Source: Bacteroidales bacterium (GTDB taxonomy: Bacteria > Bacteroidota > Bacteroidia > Bacteroidales > JAFGXI01). Taken from it: a stretch of DNA of 24,000 bases. The stretch is from the NCBI GenBank assembly GCA_027064025.1, contig JAMOQL010000064.1, forward strand, positions 1 to 24,000, in the 5' to 3' direction. The notes beneath the pieces are model-generated. The model searched no databases and was not told the DNA's origin. It saw only the letters and a program-made list of their open reading frames with translations. Of the stretch, positions 7,351 to 14,594 are shown in pieces. The stretch's first letter is position 1, and each line of letters opens with the position of its first letter. The translations under genes and the position numbers were made by a program.

Positions 7351-8541
7351 TTATGCCATTAATTCTTTTACTAAATCGGCGGCTTCTTGCAAGGTAATTG
7401 CTGAGTGAACTTTTAGTCCTGAATTATCAATAATTTCCTTTCCTTCTTCTGCATTGGTTCCCTGTAGACGAACAATTACTGGGATATCTATAGAACCTAT
7501 AGATTTATATGCCTCAACCACACCCGAAGCAACTCTATCGCAACGAACAATACCCCCAAAAATATTTAGTAAAATTGCTTTTACATTAGGATCTTGAAGA
7601 ATAATTCTAAACCCAGCCTCAACAGTTACTGCATTGGCAGCTCCTCCAACATCTAAAAAGTTTGCAGGATCTCCTCCCGATAATTTAATAATATCCATGG
7701 TCGCCATTGCTAAACCTGCTCCGTTAACCATACATCCGACATTACCATCTAACTTAATAAAATTTAAGTCGTGTTTTCCTGCTTCAACTTCTGCTGGGTC
7801 CTCTTCTGTCAAATCTCGCATTGCAGCAAAATCTGGATGCCTAAACAAAGCGTTATCATCTAGATTTACTTTAGAATCGGCTGCAAATATTTTATCATCA
7901 GAAGTTTTAAAAACAGGATTGATTTCGAACATAGATGAATCCGTAGCCTCGTAAGCATTGTATAAGGCTACAACAAATTTAGTCATATTCTTAAAAGCCT
8001 GTCCCGATAATCCAAGATTAAATGCTATTTTTCTAGCTTGAAACCCCTGAATTCCCACTTTAGGGTCTATCTCTTCTTTGAATATTAATTCTGGAGTATT
8101 AGCAGCAACGGTTTCAATATCCATTCCTCCTTCGGTAGAATACATAATAATATTCTTGCCTGTTTGACGGTTAAGTAGAACTGACATGTAAAACTCCTGA
8201 ATTTCTCCAGGTCCTGGATAATATATACTCTGCTCGATTAATAATTTACGCACCTTTTTTCCTTCTGGACCTGTTTGGTGTGTAACCAATTGCATACCTA
8301 AAATTTCATTAGCAAATTGTTCCACTTCATCAAGAGACTTGGCAATCTTAACGCCTCCTCCTTTTCCTCGACCTCCTGCATGTATTTGTGCTTTTACAGC
8401 CCAAGTATCTACACCTGTTGATGTCCCAATTTTTTGTGCAGCATCTTTTGCTTTACTAACGTCATCTATAACAATTCCTTCTGGAACGGCTACTCCGAAA
8501 GTTTTTAAAATTGACTTTCCTTGATATTCGTGAATATTCAT
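7351..8541 (-). CDS. sucC: Succinyl-CoA synthetase (succinate--CoA ligase) beta subunit, paralog 1 (canonical HAGGRGKGGGVK loop)
   Basis: 396-aa ORF. Contains MNIHEYQGK, KAQIHAGGRGKGGGVK, GCMVNGAGLAMATMD and NIFGGIVRCD motifs and is collinear with E. coli SucC. Confidence 0.92.
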   Translation of the reverse strand: MNIHEYQGKSILKTFGVAVPEGIVIDDVSKAKDAAQKIGTSTGVDTWAVKAQIHAGGRGKGGGVKIAKSLDEVEQFANEILGMQLVTHQTGPEGKKVRKLLIEQSIYYPGPGEIQEFYMSVLLNRQTGKNIIMYSTEGGMDIETVAANTPELIFKEEIDPKVGIQGFQARKIAFNLGLSGQAFKNMTKFVVALYNAYEATDSSMFEINPVFKTSDDKIFAADSKVNLDDNALFRHPDFAAMRDLTEEDPAEVEAGKHDLNFIKLDGNVGCMVNGAGLAMATMDIIKLSGGDPANFLDVGGAANAVTVEAGFRIILQDPNVKAILLNIFGGIVRCDRVASGVVEAYKSIGSIDIPVIVRLQGTNAEEGKEIIDNSGLKVHSAITLQEAADLVKELMA

Positions 8542-8574
8542 AATTATACTAATTAAATTATTTTATTTTGGCTA

Positions 8575-9786
8575 TTAAGCCATTACCTCTTTTACTAAAT
8601 TTGCAGCTTCTTGAAGTGTAATTGCTGAATGAACTTTAAGTCCAGAATTATCAATAATCTCTTTTCCCTCTTCTGCATTGGTTCCTTGTAAACGAACAAT
8701 TACAGGAATATTGATTGATCCAATAGATTTATATGCTTCTACAACTCCCGACGCCACTCTATCGCAACGAACAATTCCGCCAAAGATGTTTAATAATATC
8801 GCCTTTACATTAGGATCTTGAAGAATAATTCTGAATCCAGCCTCTACAGTTACAGCATTTGCAGCGCCTCCAACATCTAAGAAGTTTGCAGGATCTCCTC
8901 CCGATAATTTAATAATATCCATGGTTGCCATTGCTAAACCTGCTCCGTTAACCATACAACCAACATTACCATCTAACTTAATAAAATTAAGATCATGTTT
9001 TCCAGCTTCTACTTCTGCAGGATCTTCCTCGGAAAGATCTCTTAAATCTGCATAATCTTTATGTCTGTATAACGCATTATCGTCTAAATTCACTTTTGCA
9101 TCTACGGCAATAATCTTATCATCAGATGTTTTCAAAACTGGATTAATCTCAAACATTGAAGAATCAGTTCCAACATAAGCGTTATAAAGAGCTGTAACAA
9201 ATTTTGTCATTTCCTTGAATGCTTTACCGCTTAAGCCTAGATTAAAAGCAATTTTTCTGGCTTGAAAACCTTGTATTCCAACTTTTGGATCTATCTCTTC
9301 TTTAAAAATTAGATGTGGTGTGTTTTCTGCAACAGATTCAATATCCATTCCCCCTTCGGTAGAATACATGATAATATTTCTTCCCGTTTGACGGTTTAAT
9401 AATACAGACATATAATATTCTTCTGGTTCAGAATCCCCAGGATAATAAACATCTTGAGCTACCAATATTTGATTTACTTTCTTCCCTGCTTCACCAGTTT
9501 GTTTGGTTACCAAAACACCACCAAGGATACCCTTTGCAATATCTGCAACTTTATCAATTCCTTTGGCTAAAACAACTCCATGAGAACCAGTTTCGTTAAT
9601 AACACCTTTTCCTCTTCCTCCAGCATGAATTTGTGCTTTAACAACATACCATTCCGTTCCAGTTTCCTCAGTCAACTTTCGGGCTTGTTCCACTGCTTCT
9701 TCGGATGTCTTAGCAACTTTACCTTCTTGGATTGCCACACCAAAACTTTTCAATACTTTTTTTGCTTGATATTCGTGAATATTCAT
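8575..9786 (-). CDS. sucC: Succinyl-CoA synthetase beta subunit, paralog 2 (7-aa insertion after HAGGRGKG)
   Basis: 403-aa ORF, 33 nt upstream of paralog 1 on the same strand. It has the same SucC motifs, but its loop reads HAGGRGKGVINETGSHGVVLAKG. Confidence 0.92.
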   Translation of the reverse strand: MNIHEYQAKKVLKSFGVAIQEGKVAKTSEEAVEQARKLTEETGTEWYVVKAQIHAGGRGKGVINETGSHGVVLAKGIDKVADIAKGILGGVLVTKQTGEAGKKVNQILVAQDVYYPGDSEPEEYYMSVLLNRQTGRNIIMYSTEGGMDIESVAENTPHLIFKEEIDPKVGIQGFQARKIAFNLGLSGKAFKEMTKFVTALYNAYVGTDSSMFEINPVLKTSDDKIIAVDAKVNLDDNALYRHKDYADLRDLSEEDPAEVEAGKHDLNFIKLDGNVGCMVNGAGLAMATMDIIKLSGGDPANFLDVGGAANAVTVEAGFRIILQDPNVKAILLNIFGGIVRCDRVASGVVEAYKSIGSINIPVIVRLQGTNAEEGKEIIDNSGLKVHSAITLQEAANLVKEVMA

Positions 9787-9815
9787 GTGTACTAATATTT
9801 TTAAATTAATTTTAC

Positions 9816-9823
9816 CAAATTTA
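9816..9823 (-). promoter_or_regulatory. Bacteroidota -7 promoter box TAAATTTG for the sucC-sucC pair
   Basis: The plus strand reads CAAATTTA, 30 nt upstream of the ATG at 9786. No comparable box is present in the 33-nt gap between the two sucC genes, which suggests co-transcription. Confidence 0.35.
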
Positions 9824-9909
9824 TGTAAAATCTACGACATATCTAATCTACATATTAACATTTAATCATACTTAATTGAAGTTTTAATATGTTATATAAA
9901 ACAAAATGC

Positions 9910-10947
9910 TTAAGCTTTCTCCAGGGTGATCGAAAAAGAACTTCCCAAACCCTCTTGACTACTTACAGATATAGTCTGTTGGTGTGCCTCCACAATATGT
10001 TTACAAATAGATAAACCAAGACCTGTTCCACCATTTTCTTTAGATCTACTTTTGTCTACTCTATAAAATCTTTCAAATAATCTGGGAATGTCCTGTTTTG
10101 CAATTCCAATCCCATTATCAGAAATATCTACCATAACTATTTGATCCATATCATAAACAGATAGTTCTGTACTGCCATTATCTCGCCCATAATTGATAGA
10201 GTTTATGATAAGATTTAATATTACTTGATAAATTAATTTTCTATCAGCATAAACTATAAACGAGTTATTCAATTTTATATTTAGAGTAATCTTCTTCTTG
10301 GCTGCATAATCAGTCTGCATTTCTACAATTTCATTAATCAAAATAGTAAGATCAAATTTTTCTTTATTCAAAACTAATTCATTGGTTTCTAATTTGCTTA
10401 TCGTTAACAAATCTTCAACAATAGAAATAATTCTATCTATACTTTTTTCAGTACGAAGTAAATACTTTTTATTAATATTTGGATCGTCTATACCTCCTTC
10501 AATCAATGTAGAAATATAACCTTGAATCGTAAATATTGGGGTTTTAAGTTCATGAGAAACATCTCCAATAAATTCCTTACGATATTTCTCCATCAATCTT
10601 AATTGATTAATCTGTTTGGTTTTTTCCTTTGCCCAATTTTGCACTTCTTGTTCCAAATTTTTAGAAAATTCAGCATCTTCAATCTCGTCTACAATAGTTA
10701 ATGGTAAAACTTTTACGGTTCTAATTATCTTGTAAATCGGATTTATTATATCAATAAAAAATTTATTAATAAGGTAACTACTTACTCCGTATATTACCAG
10801 AAAAATTATTATAGAGAAAATAATGATTAATCTCCAATGGGTTAGATAATTATCAACAACAATAAAGGCAAGTGCAGTATTAAAAATCAGAACAGTTATT
10901 AAGGAAATAACCATAATTATTTTTCTTGGACTCACCTTTTGTATCAT
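9910..10947 (-). CDS. Sensor histidine kinase (HisKA + HATPase_c), two N-terminal TM helices with a minimal external loop
   Basis: 345-aa ORF. H-box FIGDVSHELKTPIF, N-box-like LNLIINSINYG, and G-boxes DNGIGI and GGTGLGLSICKHIV. The TM helices are separated only by about DNYLTHWR. No cognate response regulator is adjacent. Confidence 0.85.
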   Translation of the reverse strand: MIQKVSPRKIIMVISLITVLIFNTALAFIVVDNYLTHWRLIIIFSIIIFLVIYGVSSYLINKFFIDIINPIYKIIRTVKVLPLTIVDEIEDAEFSKNLEQEVQNWAKEKTKQINQLRLMEKYRKEFIGDVSHELKTPIFTIQGYISTLIEGGIDDPNINKKYLLRTEKSIDRIISIVEDLLTISKLETNELVLNKEKFDLTILINEIVEMQTDYAAKKKITLNIKLNNSFIVYADRKLIYQVILNLIINSINYGRDNGSTELSVYDMDQIVMVDISDNGIGIAKQDIPRLFERFYRVDKSRSKENGGTGLGLSICKHIVEAHQQTISVSSQEGLGSSFSITLEKA

Positions 10948-10968
10948 AATTATTTTACACTTTATTAT

Positions 10969-10997
10969 AAAAAAAAAGGTCGGGATTAACCGACCTT
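10969..10997 (-). terminator. Rho-independent terminator after gldN (AAGGTCGG-ttaatc-CCGACCTT followed by a T-run on the minus strand)
   Basis: An 8-bp stem (10976-10983 with 10990-10997) is followed on the minus strand by a run of T residues spanning about 10969-10975. It lies between the gldN stop (11009) and the kinase start (10947). Confidence 0.75.
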
Positions 10998-11008
10998 AAA
11001 TATAATTT

Positions 11009-11872
11009 TTAGAATTCCCACAGATCGTGTTCAAATTTGAACATCCAATCTTTTAACCTTTCTGCCTCTAATAATAAATCTTCTCCTTTCTTATAATCCA
11101 TAATTTGTCTATTATCATAAACATTAGTAATACGATAAATGTGAGATGCAAATTTTCTTTTAAAGAAGATATCATCAAAGGTTCTTCTTTCGGCATCGTT
11201 CATAGGATTAAAAACTTCTTGTCTAGCAAAAGAAGGTCTGAATGAAGGGAAATATGCCCAAAACAACATTGATGCGGAAAGTGTGGCTTCTTCAGGATCA
11301 ACTCCCTCAGCATTGGTTTCTTTAATGTACCTTCTAATAGGACATAGACCAATTATACGAACTTCCATTTTAGCTCTTTGTTTATCGAAAGCCCACTCTT
11401 CTTTCATTAACATTCGAGTAACCTCTTCTGGCTTTGGATCATTAACCCATTTCTTCCAAACAAACTCTCCTGTCATCAAATCTTCTTCTTCTGTAGAATC
11501 GGGTGTTGCTCCAAGTAATGTATTTACTTCTTCAAGTGTTATTACCTCACTAAATTCATTATATTCGTCATCAGTTCCAAATACGGAAATACCCTCATTA
11601 GTAATACCATTAACCATTAATTGAGTTAAACTAACCCTATCATCTGTTGGCTTTGTAGGATAATATAAAGGATGATTCTCTTTCTCTTTTAAATCAAGTA
11701 AACGCCAAACAACTTTACTCCACTGCACATCTGCTTCTCGTAAATAATAATATGGAATTGGCTTGCGAACAGGCACATGTTCTTTTACATAGATACCATC
11801 CATAACATCCTGTGATAAACCAGACATTACAAATGCTAAAATAATAACAACAAGAATACTTAACTTTTTCAT
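11009..11872 (-). CDS. gldN: Gliding motility / T9SS periplasmic ring protein GldN (PorN)
   Basis: 287-aa ORF with a signal peptide. The conserved LREADVQWSKVVWRLLDLKEKENHPLYYP block is typical of GldN, and the gene occupies the position after gldM in the gldKLMN order. Confidence 0.8.
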   Translation of the reverse strand: MKKLSILVVIILAFVMSGLSQDVMDGIYVKEHVPVRKPIPYYYLREADVQWSKVVWRLLDLKEKENHPLYYPTKPTDDRVSLTQLMVNGITNEGISVFGTDDEYNEFSEVITLEEVNTLLGATPDSTEEEDLMTGEFVWKKWVNDPKPEEVTRMLMKEEWAFDKQRAKMEVRIIGLCPIRRYIKETNAEGVDPEEATLSASMLFWAYFPSFRPSFARQEVFNPMNDAERRTFDDIFFKRKFASHIYRITNVYDNRQIMDYKKGEDLLLEAERLKDWMFKFEHDLWEF

Positions 11873-11887
11873 CTTTATATGTTTTAT

Positions 11888-11927
11888 AAAATCAATGTTT
11901 GAAAATTAAATTACAAACATTGATTTT
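11888..11927 (-). promoter_or_regulatory. Intercistronic perfect 14-bp inverted repeat (AAAATCAATGTTTG-12 nt-CAAACATTGATTTT) between gldM and gldN
   Basis: Read directly from the sequence. It occupies most of the 62-nt gldM-gldN gap and ends 15 nt upstream of the gldN ATG. Function is unknown; it could be an attenuator, an RNA processing or stability element, or a translational control element. Confidence 0.5.
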
Positions 11928-11934
11928 GTTAATC

Positions 11935-13632
11935 TTATTTCAATTTTAATGAAATGTCTCTAAGAGGACGTATTCCTCCAGCTACCTTACATTTAATTTT
12001 TTCGATGGTTACCCTAGATCCTTTACGGACACTCTTAATAATTTTCTTTTGAGCAGCTGTAAATTTATATGAATTAGATGTTTTGCTCTTATCATATCCT
12101 CCAATTGTAGCAGTAACAGTAAAACCTGTAACCATAGCTTTCATATCGAAATCAAAGCCTTCTAAATCTGCTTTAACCCCAGATACCGCTGCCATCTTGT
12201 TTTTAGAAATACTTCCTGAACTAACTCCTGCAACTTTTGCAATTGGATCTGGTACTTTTTTAACTCTAAACTCTTGTTTAGGAAAAGATGTTTTATTTCC
12301 ATTATCGTCGATTGCTGTAACAGAAATATAACATTTACCACGTTTTTTTACATTTACAAGATATTCTCCCTTCCCTTTATTCTTAGCTCTTATCGACCCA
12401 CCTCGCATAGAAGGACTAATTTTTTCAGCAGCAAATCCAGGAACTGATATAGAAACCGGATTAGGTACTCCAATATAAAACACATTCATTTTAGTAGGAG
12501 AAATAACCGCAGCTGGTTTAGCAACCATATATGTAGCATAAGCATCTCCTTCAACTTTTAGCGGATAAGTTTTGGTTTCTCCTGTTGACGTGTTCTTAAC
12601 TTCAATAATAGATGCGTATTTTTGCTCTCCTAAAGAACTTCCTTTTCTTTTATATTTACCTACTCCATTAATAACAGGACAAACAGTTGTATCTGCACCA
12701 GCCTTAAACACCCAATTAATCGTATCTAACTGGTTAGCAGGACCTACAATAACTTTAGGCTTTGATGTTGATGACCATGCAGCAACAAACAAATCTGCTT
12801 CATAATCACTACCTTGAATTACATAAGTAGATTTAGGAACAACTCTAGCTTCAAGCTTATCGAATTTCATATCAGTTTTACCGATATATCCGCCTACTTT
12901 AATTAATGCAATTCCCTCAGCATTTCTAATTTGATTTTCAAACTGTGATAATATAGTAACTGTAGCCGCTAATGTATTATGCTCAAAATTTGCTGAAGCC
13001 CAGTATTTCTCTTCAGGATGTTCTCTATCAAAATTTTCATTATCTGCTGTATTGATACCAAAATCACCTATCTGATCTAAGTCCTTCTGAGACACTCCTA
13101 TTCCCTTTAGTGTCTTAACTAAGAATGCACGATAATCATCCATTTTTTGTCTAAACTCAGGAGCTCTTCCTCCAGCACCATCCATAGTAGTAGTTTCACC
13201 AGTAGTACTACTATTTCCTAAGAAATAATGTCCTGGTTTATCATAGTTATCTATTCCATGTACATGTGCCAAATTAACAGTATCTCCATAAATAGGATCT
13301 TCCGGATTATCACATAAATTAATTACATCCTTCTTTAAAGTATCAATAAACACTACCATTTTCTCAGTTTCTTCCTGAATTTTGTCAGCAGCTTCTTTAT
13401 ACTTTTGTACTTTTAATTTGTCTTGAGCATAAGCGAAATCAATATCTCCTATTCGTTGCTTATTAGTTGCTTCAAAATTTTCGTTAGTTTTTTCCAGACC
13501 TTCATTTACTGTAATAAAGGCGTGTAGTATACTTTTCGAAACATTCAATGCAAGCATTGCCGTTAAGAAAAGATACATCATTCCAATCATCTTTTGTCTC
13601 GGTGTTTCCGGACAATTTGCTCCACCACTCAT
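11935..13632 (-). CDS. gldM: Gliding motility / T9SS motor-associated protein GldM (PorM)
   Basis: 565-aa ORF. The N-terminus ETPRQKMIGMMYLFLTAMLALNVSKSIL matches the signature GldM N-terminal TM segment (PRQKMI..MYLV..AMLALN), followed by a long periplasmic region. Confidence 0.9.
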   Translation of the reverse strand: MSGGANCPETPRQKMIGMMYLFLTAMLALNVSKSILHAFITVNEGLEKTNENFEATNKQRIGDIDFAYAQDKLKVQKYKEAADKIQEETEKMVVFIDTLKKDVINLCDNPEDPIYGDTVNLAHVHGIDNYDKPGHYFLGNSSTTGETTTMDGAGGRAPEFRQKMDDYRAFLVKTLKGIGVSQKDLDQIGDFGINTADNENFDREHPEEKYWASANFEHNTLAATVTILSQFENQIRNAEGIALIKVGGYIGKTDMKFDKLEARVVPKSTYVIQGSDYEADLFVAAWSSTSKPKVIVGPANQLDTINWVFKAGADTTVCPVINGVGKYKRKGSSLGEQKYASIIEVKNTSTGETKTYPLKVEGDAYATYMVAKPAAVISPTKMNVFYIGVPNPVSISVPGFAAEKISPSMRGGSIRAKNKGKGEYLVNVKKRGKCYISVTAIDDNGNKTSFPKQEFRVKKVPDPIAKVAGVSSGSISKNKMAAVSGVKADLEGFDFDMKAMVTGFTVTATIGGYDKSKTSNSYKFTAAQKKIIKSVRKGSRVTIEKIKCKVAGGIRPLRDISLKLK

Positions 13633-13652
13633 AATCTAATCTAGATTTAAGA

Positions 13653-14555
13653 TTAATTATTATTGTTGATGTTCATTGCTGCAAGCATATTTCCATATAC
13701 CGTATTAAGAGCCTGTAAATTAGTTCCTAATTGTGCAATTTCTTCTTTATATTTCTTAGCATCACCCACTGATGACTCAAGACTTTCCATCATAGCATTG
13801 ATACCACCATAAATTTGTTTAGATGCCTCTAATTGCTCATTAGAATTTGATATTTGCATTTCATATACAGCATTCAAGGCTTCTAAATTTTTATTCATAT
13901 TTTCTAACTGAACACCATAAGTCTTGTTTCCATCAATAGATTGCTCGTTTTCTTTGTTCAAGGATTCGGTAAGCCTTGCATAAGAATCAGCTAATTGATT
14001 TCCTGCATTCTTTACAGTATTGTTAGATGCTGTTAATTCTTCAACAGACTGATTATACGTCTCAGAGAATCCTGTCATTGAACCAGTGGCTTCCTTAACT
14101 TTAGAAACATATTCGTTAGTAACAGCAGATGCATCTGATAAATCTGATAATTTTCCTGCGGTATCGTTAAGTTTTGTTAATCCCATTCCTAAGTTTTGGA
14201 ATAGTTCAGGGCTTAATTCACCTTCCTCTAATAAAGCATCAAATTTTTCTAATGCTGATGAAGATCCTGTAGAACCATGTTGCCCTACTATTTCATCTTC
14301 CATATCCTCTATTCCCGCTAATTGAGGATAAACTAAAGACCAATCAAATTCTTCGTGTAACGGCTCAAAAGCTGACATAAAGAAAATCAAAATTTCCGTT
14401 CCCATACCCGCAGTAAGCATAACAGATGCCCCTGGCCAGTGCTGAATTTTAAATAACGCTCCCGCTAATACTACAGCTGCTCCCCAACCGTAGACATAAG
14501 CCATCATTTTTTTCCACTTTTCACTTTGTACTAATTCGCCAATGCTAAATCCCAT
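13653..14555 (-). CDS. gldL: Gliding motility / T9SS motor protein GldL (PorL)
   Basis: 300-aa ORF. AYVYGWGAAVVLAGALFKIQHWPGA and SAFEPLHEEFDWSLVYPQL match the conserved two-TM GldL N-domain. The C-terminal region is long and coiled-coil-like. Confidence 0.88.
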   Translation of the reverse strand: MGFSIGELVQSEKWKKMMAYVYGWGAAVVLAGALFKIQHWPGASVMLTAGMGTEILIFFMSAFEPLHEEFDWSLVYPQLAGIEDMEDEIVGQHGSTGSSSALEKFDALLEEGELSPELFQNLGMGLTKLNDTAGKLSDLSDASAVTNEYVSKVKEATGSMTGFSETYNQSVEELTASNNTVKNAGNQLADSYARLTESLNKENEQSIDGNKTYGVQLENMNKNLEALNAVYEMQISNSNEQLEASKQIYGGINAMMESLESSVGDAKKYKEEIAQLGTNLQALNTVYGNMLAAMNINNNN

Positions 14556-14594
14556 AATGTAAAATTATTTAGTTAGTAATAAAATAGTTTATTG

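Noticed and set aside
7351-9786. The sucC duplication as an assembly artefact or a very recent duplication
   Set aside because: The copies differ at about one in seven nucleotides even where the proteins are identical. They also have different N-terminal sequences and lengths, so they are genuinely distinct, long-separated genes.
7634-9795. Plus-strand ORFs 7634-7954, 8339-8524 and 9580-9795 inside the sucC genes
   Set aside because: They are antisense shadows of confidently identified SucC coding sequence. Their translations are low-complexity (Ser/Pro/Ala/Phe-rich) with no recognisable motifs.
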